Source: Bacillota bacterium (GTDB lineage Bacteria > Bacillota > Clostridia > Oscillospirales > Ruminococcaceae). From it: a stretch of DNA of 64,000 nt. Shown one piece after another: positions 48,820-58,453 of the stretch. Each line of letters begins with the position of its first letter. Position 1 is the stretch's first letter. Location: positions 13,274 through 77,273 of the forward strand of contig JAKPUQ010000060.1 in the NCBI GenBank assembly GCA_029572815.1, in the 5' to 3' direction. Made by a program: the position numbers and the translations under genes. The notes below the pieces were generated by a model. It was not told the origin of the DNA, searched no databases, and saw only the letters and a program-made list of their open reading frames with translations.

Positions 48820-50757
48820 ATGGGCTTAACTTTAACAGAAAAGATACTCAGAGCACACCTTGTTGACGGCGAGTATGTCAAGGGACAGGAGATCGGTATC
48901 CGTATCGATCAGACCCTTACACAGGATGCAACAGGTACAATGGCATATCTCGAATTTGAGGCAATAGGTGTTCCTCGTGTAAAGACCGAGCGCTCGGTCG
49001 CTTACATAGATCATAACACTCTTCAGAACGGCTTTGAGAACGCAGATGACCACAGATTTATCGGAAGCGTTGCAAAGAAGCACGGTATTTACTTCTCACG
49101 TCCCGGCAACGGTATCTGCCACCAGGTACATCTTGAACGTTTTGGTATCCCCGGAAAAACTCTCATCGGTTCTGACAGCCATACCCCTACTGGCGGCGGT
49201 ATCGGCATGATCGCTATCGGTGCAGGCGGACTTGATGTTGCCGTAGCAATGGGCGGCGGTGCATACTACATTACCTGCCCGAAGGTAGTTAAAGTTGAAC
49301 TCACTGGAAAGCTTCAGCCCTGGGTAGCTGCAAAGGATGTTATCCTCGAGGTCCTCAGAAGAATGTCTGTAAAGGGCGGCGTAGGAAAGGTCATTGAGTA
49401 CTGCGGCGAGGGCGTAAAGACACTTTCGGTTCCTGAGAGAGCAACTATTACAAATATGGGTGCAGAGCTGGGTGCAACAACATCTGTATTCCCTTCGGAC
49501 GAGATAACAAAGCAGTTCCTCAAGGCTCAGAAGCGTGAAGAGGTATGGACTCCTCTTGCTGCTGATCCTGATGCAGTTTACGATGAAGAGCTTCATATAG
49601 ATCTCAGCAAGCTCGTTCCTCTTGCAGCCTGTCCTCATTCTCCTGACAATGTAAAGAGCGTCGAGGAGATCGGAAAACTTAAGATAGACCAGGTTTGTAT
49701 CGGTTCATGCACAAATTCTTCGCTTCTTGATATGCTCAAGGTAGCTCATATATTAAAGGGCAAGACAGTTAATCCCGACGTTTCTCTTGCTATTGCTCCC
49801 GGCTCAAAGCAGGTTCTCAATATGCTTGCTCAGAACGGTGCGCTTTCTATACTCATAGATGCAGGTGCAAGAATTCTTGAGAGCGCCTGCGGTCCTTGTA
49901 TCGGTATGGGACAGTCGCCTAACTCAAAGGGCATCTCACTCCGTACCTTCAACAGAAATTTTGAAGGACGCTCAGGCACAAAGGACGGACAGATCTATCT
50001 GGTATCTCCTGAAATGGCTGCTGTTTCCGCTCTTACAGGTTATCTTACAGATCCCAGAGAGCTGGGCGATATGCCTGACTTCAAGCTTCCCGAGGAATTC
50101 GTTATCAACGATAACATGATAGTTCCTCCTGCTTCTGAGGCTGATATGGACAGCGTTGAGATTCTTCGCGGTCCCAACATCAAACCCTATCCCGAGACTT
50201 CACCTCTCCTTGAGACTATTGATGCTCCCGTATCACTCAAGGTTGGCGATAATATCACAACCGACCACATCATGCCTGCCGGTGCAAAGATCCTTCCTCT
50301 GCGTTCAAATATCCCGAAGATCTCACAGCACTGCTTCGCTGTATGTGATGAGAGCTTCCCTGAGAGAGCAAAGTCTCTTGGAAAGAGCATCATAGTAGGC
50401 GGCTCAAACTATGGTCAGGGCTCCTCAAGAGAGCATGCTGCACTTGCACCTCTTTACCTTGGCGTTAAGGCTGTACTGGTAAAGTCATTCGCAAGAATAC
50501 ACCGTGCTAACCTCATTAATGCAGGTATTCTGCCCCTCACATTTGTGAATGAGGCTGATTATGACAATATTGCCCAGGGTGATGAGCTTGTTCTTGCAGA
50601 TGTAAGAAAGGCTGTAGAGGACGGCATGTCCGAGCTTACAGTTGTTAACAAGACAAACGGCAAGGAGATCCCTGTACTCTGTGAGCTTTCAGGTCGTACA
50701 AAGGATATCATGCTTGCAGGCGGACTTCTCGACTATACAAGAGAGTCAATGAAGTAA
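48820..50757 (+). CDS. Aconitate hydratase (short anaerobe type)
   Basis: QDATGT, IDHN, GICHQ, GSDSHT, Fe-S cysteines in GSCTN and CGPCIG, ITTDHI, NYGQGSSREHA. Confidence 0.92.
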   Translation: MGLTLTEKILRAHLVDGEYVKGQEIGIRIDQTLTQDATGTMAYLEFEAIGVPRVKTERSVAYIDHNTLQNGFENADDHRFIGSVAKKHGIYFSRPGNGICHQVHLERFGIPGKTLIGSDSHTPTGGGIGMIAIGAGGLDVAVAMGGGAYYITCPKVVKVELTGKLQPWVAAKDVILEVLRRMSVKGGVGKVIEYCGEGVKTLSVPERATITNMGAELGATTSVFPSDEITKQFLKAQKREEVWTPLAADPDAVYDEELHIDLSKLVPLAACPHSPDNVKSVEEIGKLKIDQVCIGSCTNSSLLDMLKVAHILKGKTVNPDVSLAIAPGSKQVLNMLAQNGALSILIDAGARILESACGPCIGMGQSPNSKGISLRTFNRNFEGRSGTKDGQIYLVSPEMAAVSALTGYLTDPRELGDMPDFKLPEEFVINDNMIVPPASEADMDSVEILRGPNIKPYPETSPLLETIDAPVSLKVGDNITTDHIMPAGAKILPLRSNIPKISQHCFAVCDESFPERAKSLGKSIIVGGSNYGQGSSREHAALAPLYLGVKAVLVKSFARIHRANLINAGILPLTFVNEADYDNIAQGDELVLADVRKAVEDGMSELTVVNKTNGKEIPVLCELSGRTKDIMLAGGLLDYTRESMK

Positions 50758-50780
50758 TACTGCTTTAGAGGTTACTAATT

Positions 50781-51011
50781 ATGCGCTTACCGGATATGCT
50801 TATTGACAACGAATTATTTGCAGGCAGGATCGTAAGACTTCCAAGAACAGGAAAAGACTGGGCTGTACTCATTATAGCTATAGTCATTTGGTTCCTGTTG
50901 TCTCTTCTGTTTGAAAAGAAGTTATCAAACATGAAAAGAGAACACAGACGAATAGTTGAAGCTGTTTGTATGCTTGTGATCGTTATATTACTGGAACTGC
51001 TTATTTCTTGA
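50781..51011 (+). CDS. Hypothetical 76-aa two-TM protein
   Basis: GAGGT RBS; fills the gap between the aconitase gene and icd; two hydrophobic stretches. Confidence 0.6.
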   Translation: MRLPDMLIDNELFAGRIVRLPRTGKDWAVLIIAIVIWFLLSLLFEKKLSNMKREHRRIVEAVCMLVIVILLELLIS

Positions 51012-51033
51012 AGTACAAAGGAGGTACAATCCA

Positions 51034-52245
51034 ATGGCTAAAATAACCATGAAAACACCGCTGGTCGAAATGGACGGCGACGAAATGACAAGAATTCTCT
51101 GGCAGTGGATCAAGGAAACTCTTCTTGAACCATATGTAGAGCTTAATACAGAATACTATGATCTCGGTCTCAAGCACAGAGAGGAGACCAAGGATCAGGT
51201 GACGCTTGATTCTGCCGAGGCTACAAAGAAGTACGGTGTAGCTGTAAAGTGCGCGACTATTACACCTAACGCTGCGAGAATGCCTGAGTATAATCTCACT
51301 CAGATGTGGAAGTCTCCTAACGGAACTATCCGTGCAGCGCTCGATGGTACTGTTTTCCGTACACCTATCATCGTAAAGGGTATCGAGCCCTATATCCCTA
51401 CATGGACAAAGCCAATTACTATTGCCCGTCACGCTTACGGTGATGTTTACAAGAATACCGAGATGCGCGTAAGCAAGGGCAGTAAGGCTGAACTGGTTGT
51501 AACTGACGAAAACGGTAACGAGACCCGTGAGCTTATCCATGAGTTCACAAAGTGTGACGGCATAATTCAGGGACTTCACAATCTCGACGCTTCTATCGCA
51601 GGTTTTGCAAGAGCTTGCCTTAACTACGGTCTTGATCTCAAGCAGGATGTATGGTTTGCTTCCAAGGATACAATTTCAAAGAAGTATGACCACCGTTTCA
51701 AGGACATCTTCCAGGAGATCTATGATAACGAATACAAGGAGAAGTACGAGGCTGCCGGCATCGAATACTTCTATACTCTTATTGACGATGCGGTTGCAAG
51801 AGTTATCCGGTCAAACGGCGGATACATCTGGGCTTGCAAAAACTATGACGGCGATGTAATGTCAGATATGGTATCTACAGCTTACGGAAGCCTTGCTATG
51901 ATGACTTCTGTTCTTGTTTCGCCTGACGGAATATATGAGTATGAGGCTGCACACGGAACTGTTCAGCGCCACTATTACAAGTACCTCAAGGGTGAGGAGA
52001 CATCGACAAACTCTGTTGCAACTATCTTTGCATGGAGCGGAGCTCTCAGAAAGAGGGGAGAACTTGACGGAACTCCGGAGCTCTGTGATTTCGCTGATAA
52101 GCTTGAGAAGGCTACTATACAGACTATCGAGGACGGCGTTATGACAGGTGATCTTTATCTTATCTCTAAGCTTGACAACAAGAAGAAGGTTGATTCCAAG
52201 ACCTTCCTTGACGAGATAAAGATCAGACTTGATAAATTAATGTGA
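51034..52245 (+). CDS. icd: NADP-dependent isocitrate dehydrogenase
   Basis: [46 protein letters not shown]. Confidence 0.96.
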   Translation: MAKITMKTPLVEMDGDEMTRILWQWIKETLLEPYVELNTEYYDLGLKHREETKDQVTLDSAEATKKYGVAVKCATITPNAARMPEYNLTQMWKSPNGTIRAALDGTVFRTPIIVKGIEPYIPTWTKPITIARHAYGDVYKNTEMRVSKGSKAELVVTDENGNETRELIHEFTKCDGIIQGLHNLDASIAGFARACLNYGLDLKQDVWFASKDTISKKYDHRFKDIFQEIYDNEYKEKYEAAGIEYFYTLIDDAVARVIRSNGGYIWACKNYDGDVMSDMVSTAYGSLAMMTSVLVSPDGIYEYEAAHGTVQRHYYKYLKGEETSTNSVATIFAWSGALRKRGELDGTPELCDFADKLEKATIQTIEDGVMTGDLYLISKLDNKKKVDSKTFLDEIKIRLDKLM

Positions 52246-52266
52246 TAAGAGAGAAGGCATACAGCA

Positions 52267-52914
52267 ATGTCAAAAAACTCAATATCCAACTCTGTCATAA
52301 GAAGGCTTCCGAGGTACTATCGCTTTCTCGGGGAGCTCGAGAACAACGGATATGTTCGTATATCTTCAAGAGAGCTGTCGGAGAAAATGGGACTTACCGC
52401 TTCACAGATTAGGCAGGACTTTAACTGCTTCGGTGAATTCGGACAGCAGGGCTATGGCTATAATGTAAGTGATCTTCGCCTTGAGATCGGCAAGATCCTC
52501 GGCCTTGACAAGCAGACGCCGATGATCCTTCTTGGTGCGGGAAATCTCGGAAAAGCAATTGCTGCCCACATAGATTTCCATAATAAAGGCTTTGACCTTA
52601 TTGGTGCCTTTGACATCAACGAAGAGCTTATTGGCAAGGAAATAGGCGAGCTTAAGGTCAGAAGTATTGACGAGCTCAGCTCCTTCTGTGCCGAAAACAA
52701 GCCTGTTGCGGCTATTCTCTGCGTTCCGATGCAGGCTGCCGAAAAGCTTGTAAATACACTTATCGGCTGCGGCATCAAAGCTTTCTGGAACTTTACACAT
52801 TATGACCTCAAGGTCACTCATAAGGATGTGGCAGTTGAGAATGTACACCTCGGCGATAGTCTTACAACTCTTTCTTACGGACTTAACAATATAGAATTGA
52901 CTGAAAAAAAGTGA
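52267..52914 (+). CDS. rex: Redox-sensing transcriptional repressor Rex
   Basis: RRLPRYYR, ISS-EL, QIRQDFNCFG-FGQQGYGY, GAGNLG. Confidence 0.96.
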   Translation: MSKNSISNSVIRRLPRYYRFLGELENNGYVRISSRELSEKMGLTASQIRQDFNCFGEFGQQGYGYNVSDLRLEIGKILGLDKQTPMILLGAGNLGKAIAAHIDFHNKGFDLIGAFDINEELIGKEIGELKVRSIDELSSFCAENKPVAAILCVPMQAAEKLVNTLIGCGIKAFWNFTHYDLKVTHKDVAVENVHLGDSLTTLSYGLNNIELTEKK

Positions 52915-52920
52915 TCTTTA

Positions 52921-52953
52921 AAAACGGAACAGAGCGGATCTGTTCCGTTTTTT
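52921..52953 (+). terminator. Terminator after rex
   Basis: AAAACGGAACAGA/TCTGTTCCGTTTT followed by TTT. Confidence 0.85.
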
Positions 52954-53325
52954 TATCAAACGAGTGTGAAAAAATTATCAATGTTTTTCACGTGATATAT
53001 AAAATAAAGAATTTTCAAATTCCAAAAACGAATTACTGATTCATGTGGTTCACGGATGATTTTTTATTTCATGGTGTTATTGATCAGGGGGATAAAACTG
53101 CTTTTCACCATTTTGAGTTTCGGTTATATTAGTCATGGCTGTTGAAAAAGCAAAGTTTGTAAGTCAAATGCAACAAAAATAATTCTTGACAACCCCGGAA
53201 TTTGTAAGCAGCAAAAGAGTGATATAAAAACAAATATATCATTTTTTATATGTGGCTATCTTAGTGTGATCACATCTTTGTTAATTATATATCAATATCT
53301 GAATACCGATATTCTTAAACTGAAT

Positions 53326-53354
53326 TTGAATTTATCCGAAGATACTGGTATACT
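53326..53354 (+). promoter_or_regulatory. Candidate promoter of the fumC-hdr-flx-frd operon
   Basis: TTGAAT-17 nt-TATACT with an extended TG. Confidence 0.6.
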
Positions 53355-53434
53355 TATAATGTATAGTAATGTTGAAACAGGTATAACTTTGTCGCAAGAC
53401 TTGTTATACAAGATCATCAGGGGAGAGGATAATT

Positions 53435-54811
53435 ATGGATTTTCGTATCGAACATGATTCAATGGGCGAAGTAAAGGTGCCTGCTGATAAGTACTGGGCT
53501 GCACAGACTGAACGCAGTCATGAGAATTTTCTTATCGGTGTAGGCATAGAGACCATGCCTAGAGAGATCACTCATGCCTTTGGAATCCTTAAAAAGGCTG
53601 CAGCTCTTTCAAATCATGAGCTTAAGCCTGAAAAAATGACCGATGAAAAGCTGAATGCTATATCTCAGGCGTGTGACGAGGTTATAAGTGGCTCACTCAA
53701 TGATCATTTCCCCCTTGTAGTTTGGCAGACAGGAAGCGGCACTCAGTCAAATATGAACGCCAACGAGGTCATTGCCAACCGTGGAAATGAGATCGCGGGA
53801 GCAAAGCTTCTTCACCCTAATGATGATATAAACATGAGCCAGTCTTCAAATGATACCTTTCCGACTGCAATGCACATCGCAGCAGTTATCGCTCTTGAAG
53901 ACAAGGTGATTCCGGCTGTTGATGTACTCATCGAAACCTTCAAGCACCTTGAGACCGAAAACGAAGGTATAGTAAAGAGCGGAAGAACACATCTCCAGGA
54001 TGCAACTCCTATAAAGTTCTCTCAGGAAATAAGCGGTTGGAGAGCTTCGCTTGAAAAGGACAAAAAGATGATACTTTCAGCCTGCGAAGAGCTTAAAGAG
54101 CTTGCCCTCGGAGGTACAGCTGTCGGAACAGGTCTGAATGCTCCCAAGGGGTTTGCTGAGAAGGCTGCTGAGAATATAAGCAAGCTTACAGGAAAAAAGT
54201 TTATCACTTCTCCCAATAAATTCCATTCCCTCACATCAAAGGACGAGATAGTTTTTGCACACGGAGCTCTCAAGGCTCTGGCAGCTGATATGATGAAGAC
54301 CGCCAACGATGTAAGATGGCTTGCTTCAGGTCCCAGAGATGGTCTTGGAGAGATCTTCATTCCCGAAAACGAGCCCGGTTCGTCTATCATGCCCGGTAAG
54401 GTCAATCCCACACAGTGCGAACAGGTAACTATGGTAGCCGTTCAGGTAATGGGCAATGATGTTGCAGTCGGTATGGCTGCTTCACAGGGCAATTTTGAAC
54501 TGAATGTATTCATGCCTGTGTGTGCATATAACTTCTTACAGTCTGCAAGGCTGCTTGCTGAGTCCATCATGTCTTTCAACAAGAACTGTGCCGTGGGCAT
54601 TAAGGCAAATAAGGAAAAAATGCATCATAATCTTTACAATTCCCTTATGCTTGTTACAGCTCTTAATCCCTATATCGGATATGAGAATGCTGCAAAGACA
54701 GCCAAGAAGGCGTTCAAGGATAATATTTCTCTGAAGGAAGCCTGCGTTGAACTCGGATTTCTTACTGCCGAAAGGTTCGACGAGGTGTTCCATCCTGAAG
54801 AAATGGTTTGA
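53435..54811 (+). CDS. fumC: Class II fumarate hydratase
   Basis: HDSMG, WQTGSGTQSNMN, SSNDTFPT, GRTHLQDATP, GSSIMPGKVNPTQCE. Confidence 0.97.
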   Translation: MDFRIEHDSMGEVKVPADKYWAAQTERSHENFLIGVGIETMPREITHAFGILKKAAALSNHELKPEKMTDEKLNAISQACDEVISGSLNDHFPLVVWQTGSGTQSNMNANEVIANRGNEIAGAKLLHPNDDINMSQSSNDTFPTAMHIAAVIALEDKVIPAVDVLIETFKHLETENEGIVKSGRTHLQDATPIKFSQEISGWRASLEKDKKMILSACEELKELALGGTAVGTGLNAPKGFAEKAAENISKLTGKKFITSPNKFHSLTSKDEIVFAHGALKALAADMMKTANDVRWLASGPRDGLGEIFIPENEPGSSIMPGKVNPTQCEQVTMVAVQVMGNDVAVGMAASQGNFELNVFMPVCAYNFLQSARLLAESIMSFNKNCAVGIKANKEKMHHNLYNSLMLVTALNPYIGYENAAKTAKKAFKDNISLKEACVELGFLTAERFDEVFHPEEMV

Positions 54812-54835
54812 TATTATACGAAAGGAAGCGTACAA

Positions 54836-55633
54836 ATGGAAACTTTTACCTATTACCCTGGCTGTACGCTGAGAACCAAAGCAAAGGACCTTGATACATA
54901 TGCAAGGTTCTCTGCGGAGGCTCTCGGTATCTCTCTTGAGGAGCCTGCTGACTGGCAGTGCTGCGGCGGAGCTTATACTACGGCTAAAGACGAGATCGCT
55001 ACTAAGCTTTCAGCTGTAAGAACTCTCAACTCGGCAAAGGTCAGCAACAGACCTCTTATCACAGTCTGTTCAGCCTGTCATAATGTTATCAAACAAACTA
55101 ATTATGATATTCTCCACGACGAGGAGGTGGCTTCCAAGGTCAATAATTACCTGAAGCTCGATGAACCTTATAACGGGGAGACCACTGTATACCACTATCT
55201 TGAGATGCTCCGTGATGTAGTCGGATTTGACAATCTTGCACAGAAGGTAGTAAATCCTTTCAAGGGCAAAAAGATAGCTGCATACTATGGATGTCTGCTG
55301 CTTCGTCCTTCAAAGACTCTTGCTATGGACGATCCCGAAAATCCTTCGATCATGGAAGATTTTATCAAGGCTATCGGCGGAACTCCAGTCATATATGCTC
55401 AGAGGAATGAATGCTGCGGAGGCTACATTACACTCGAAGACAAGGATCAGGCAGCTAAGAGAAGCGGAGCTGTTATGAGCTCTGCTGCTGATCAGGGAGC
55501 TGATATGATCATCACTGCCTGTCCTCTTTGCTTGTATAATCTCAAGAAGAACTCAGGCTCAGAGCTCCCTGTTTACTACTTTACCGAGCTTCTCGCAGAG
55601 GCTCTCGGCGTGAAGGAGGAAAGCAATGAATAA
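54836..55633 (+). CDS. hdrB: Heterodisulfide reductase subunit B-like (two CCG domains)
   Basis: YYPGC...WQCCGG...CSAC and YYGC...ECCGG...ACPLC. Confidence 0.92.
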   Translation: METFTYYPGCTLRTKAKDLDTYARFSAEALGISLEEPADWQCCGGAYTTAKDEIATKLSAVRTLNSAKVSNRPLITVCSACHNVIKQTNYDILHDEEVASKVNNYLKLDEPYNGETTVYHYLEMLRDVVGFDNLAQKVVNPFKGKKIAAYYGCLLLRPSKTLAMDDPENPSIMEDFIKAIGGTPVIYAQRNECCGGYITLEDKDQAAKRSGAVMSSAADQGADMIITACPLCLYNLKKNSGSELPVYYFTELLAEALGVKEESNE

Positions 55634-56009
55634 GAATTTAAAGGAACAGGTCCTTCGTGCCAGCGGAGTAAATGTACTCAAGTGTATGCGCTGCGGAAAA
55701 TGTTCGGGAACCTGCCCCTCATATGACGAGATGGAATATCATCCCCATCAGTTCGTCTACATGGTAGAGCGCGGCGATATTGAGACTCTGATGAATTCAA
55801 AATCCATATACAAGTGCCTTACCTGCTTTGCCTGTGTTGACAGATGTCCCAGAAACGTAGAGCCTGCTAAAGTAGTGGAAGCTGTAAGACTTGCGGCTGT
55901 ACGTCAGCAGGGGAATAATCATATGAATCCCAATCAGATACCTGAAATGCTTGACGACGATCTGCCTCAGCAGGCTATCGTAACAGCTTTCAGAAAGTAC
56001 ATTAAGTAA
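55626..56009 (+). CDS. hdrC: Heterodisulfide reductase subunit C-like (2x[4Fe-4S])
   Basis: CMRCGKCSGTCP and CLTCFACVDRCP. Confidence 0.9.
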   Translation: MNKNLKEQVLRASGVNVLKCMRCGKCSGTCPSYDEMEYHPHQFVYMVERGDIETLMNSKSIYKCLTCFACVDRCPRNVEPAKVVEAVRLAAVRQQGNNHMNPNQIPEMLDDDLPQQAIVTAFRKYIK

Positions 56010-56024
56010 GGAGGAGATCACACT

Positions 56025-58016
56025 ATGCAGAGAATAGGCGTTTTCGTCTGTCATTGCGGAACGAATATCGCTGCAACAGTCGATGTTAAAACTGTTGCGG
56101 AAGCTCTCGGTCACGAGCCCGGCGTGGTCATCTCTCAGGATTACCAGTATATGTGCTCTGAATCGGGACAGAATCTTGTAAAGAATGCTATTAAGGAACA
56201 TAATCTTACAGGTGTTGTTATCTGTTCGTGTTCACCAAGAATGCATGAAAATACATTCAGAAAGGCAGCTGCGGCTGCCGGACTCAATCCCTATCTCGTT
56301 GAGATAGCAAATATCCGTGAGCAGTGCTCGTGGATACACAAGGATATTGCAACTGCCACTGATAAGGCAATAATCCTCGGTAAGGCAGCAGTTGCGAAGG
56401 TACACCTCAATGCTCCTCTTACAGCAGGCGAGAGTCCTGTAGCAAAGAGAGCTCTTGTCATAGGCGGAGGAATCGCAGGTATACAGACTGCCCTCGACAT
56501 CGCTGAGGCAGGCTTTGACGTTGATATCGTTGAGAAGCAGCCTACAATAGGCGGTAAGATGGCACAGATAGATAAGACCTTCCCCACACTTGACTGTGCT
56601 GCTTGTATCCTTACTCCTAAAATGGTTGAGGCTTCACAGAATGAGCATATAACTATCCACTCATTCAGTGAGGTCACAGATGTAAAGGGCTTTGTAGGAA
56701 ACTTTACAGTTACTATCAAGAAAAAGGCACGTTACGTTGATGAGACCAAGTGCACAGGCTGCGGTCTCTGTACGGAGAAATGTCCCATGAAGAAGGTGCC
56801 AAATGAGTTCAATATGGGACTTGACAACAGGACGGCTGTTTATATTCCTTTTGCTCAGGCGGTTCCGAAGGTAGCAACTATCGACCCTAACTACTGCATG
56901 ATGCTCAAGAACGGAAAGTGCGGTGTCTGCTCAAAGGTCTGCTCAGTTGGAGCTATCGACTATAAGCAGCAGGACCGTTTCATCGAGCAGAAGTATGGTG
57001 CTATCGTAGTTGCAACAGGCTTCAATCCTATCAAGCTTGATAAGTATGATGAATTCGCATATAATCAGTGCCCTGACGTTGTTACTTCTCTGGAGCTTGA
57101 ACGTCTTATGAACGCTGCTGGTCCAAACGGCGGAACACTTCTTCGTCCTTCCGATAAGACACATCCCCACAAGATAGTATTTGTACAGTGTGTAGGCTCC
57201 AGATGCGACGACAGCAAGGGTAAGCCTTATTGTTCAAAGATCTGCTGTATGTACACCGCCAAGCACGCAATGCTTATCCGTGAGAAATACCCTGATACAG
57301 AGGTATATGTATTCTACATAGATGTTCGTACTCCCGGCAAGAACTTCGATGAATTCTACCGCCGTGCAGTTGAGCAGTACAATGTTCACTACATAAAGGG
57401 CATGGTCGGAAAGGTAACACCTCGTTCCGACGGCAAGATAGATGTACAGGCTTCTGATCTTCTCGCCAATGAACAGCTCCATATTGATGCTGATATGGTT
57501 GTCCTGGCAGCAGCCATCGAGCCTGACAAGACTGCACGTCCTCTTGCTACTATGCTTACAACACAGATGGACACCAACGACTTCTTTACAGAAGCTCATC
57601 CTAAGCTTCGTCCTGTAGAGAGCGCTACAGCGGGTATATTCCTATCAGGTGCTTGTCAGGGACCCAAGGACATTCCCGAGACAGTTGCTCAGGCAAGTGC
57701 AGCAGCTGCAAAGGCTATCGGTCTTCTTGTGAAGAACAGCATAACCTGCAATCCTTGTGTTGCTCATTCAAATGAGCTTATGTGCAACGGATGCTCGTCC
57801 TGTGAAAAGGTTTGTCCCTACAGAGCTATCACTTATGAAGATAAGGAATTCAGAATGCCTGACAGAACAACAGCTATACGTCGTGTTGCAAGTGTCAACC
57901 CTGCGGTATGCCAGAGCTGCGGTGCTTGTACAGTAGCTTGTCCTTCAGGCGCTATGGACCTTAACGGCTTCTCTAACAGTCAGATCATGGCGGAGGTAGA
58001 CGCAATATGCAAGTAA
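56025..58016 (+). CDS. hdrA: Heterodisulfide reductase subunit A (FAD, Fe-S)
   Basis: GVFVCHCG-NI, CSCSP, NIREQCSW, GGGIAG, KTFPTLDCAACILTPKM, an inserted ferredoxin domain, QCVGSR...CSKICCMY, GACQGPKDI and a C-terminal ferredoxin. Confidence 0.96.
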   Translation: MQRIGVFVCHCGTNIAATVDVKTVAEALGHEPGVVISQDYQYMCSESGQNLVKNAIKEHNLTGVVICSCSPRMHENTFRKAAAAAGLNPYLVEIANIREQCSWIHKDIATATDKAIILGKAAVAKVHLNAPLTAGESPVAKRALVIGGGIAGIQTALDIAEAGFDVDIVEKQPTIGGKMAQIDKTFPTLDCAACILTPKMVEASQNEHITIHSFSEVTDVKGFVGNFTVTIKKKARYVDETKCTGCGLCTEKCPMKKVPNEFNMGLDNRTAVYIPFAQAVPKVATIDPNYCMMLKNGKCGVCSKVCSVGAIDYKQQDRFIEQKYGAIVVATGFNPIKLDKYDEFAYNQCPDVVTSLELERLMNAAGPNGGTLLRPSDKTHPHKIVFVQCVGSRCDDSKGKPYCSKICCMYTAKHAMLIREKYPDTEVYVFYIDVRTPGKNFDEFYRRAVEQYNVHYIKGMVGKVTPRSDGKIDVQASDLLANEQLHIDADMVVLAAAIEPDKTARPLATMLTTQMDTNDFFTEAHPKLRPVESATAGIFLSGACQGPKDIPETVAQASAAAAKAIGLLVKNSITCNPCVAHSNELMCNGCSSCEKVCPYRAITYEDKEFRMPDRTTAIRRVASVNPAVCQSCGACTVACPSGAMDLNGFSNSQIMAEVDAICK

Positions 58017-58453
58017 ATGAAAATAAAGAGTTTGAACCGCTGATCGTTGCCTTCTGCTGTAACTGGTGCTCATATGCAGGAGCCGATCTTTCGGGAACAA
58101 ACAGACTTAATTATCCTACAAATGTAAAGATAATCAGAGTGCCCTGCTCATGCAGAGTAAACCCTATGTTCATTCTCAGAGCCTTCCAGCGCGGCGCTGA
58201 CGGAGTTATCCTCTGCGGCTGTCACCCCGGAGACTGCCATTATACATCAGGCAATTATTTCACAAGAAGAAGAATGACACTCCTGTTCAGTATGCTTGAT
58301 TTTCTCGGAATAGAGCGTGACAGAACAAGGGTAGAGTGGGTATCGGCTGCTGAAGGAGCTAAATTCGCGGCTACAATGAATGAGTTCACTGAGGCAGTAA
58401 AGAAGCTCGGACCTAACCGCAGATTGGAGGATTTACGATGCAGGAAGCAATGA
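58007..58453 (+). CDS. mvhD: MvhD/FlxD-like [2Fe-2S] subunit
   Basis: AFCCNWCSYAGAD, IRVPCSCRV, GADGV---GCHPGDCHY--GN, WVSAAEG. Confidence 0.92.
   Translation: MQVNENKEFEPLIVAFCCNWCSYAGADLSGTNRLNYPTNVKIIRVPCSCRVNPMFILRAFQRGADGVILCGCHPGDCHYTSGNYFTRRRMTLLFSMLDFLGIERDRTRVEWVSAAEGAKFAATMNEFTEAVKKLGPNRRLEDLRCRKQ

Noticed and set aside
53266-53457. 63-aa ORF in the rex-fumC gap
   Set aside because: No RBS, AT-rich composition, and it spans the fumC promoter and start.
56025-58453. Selenocysteine recoding in HdrA or MvhD
   Set aside because: Both ORFs are uninterrupted, with Cys codons at the relevant positions and no in-frame TGA.
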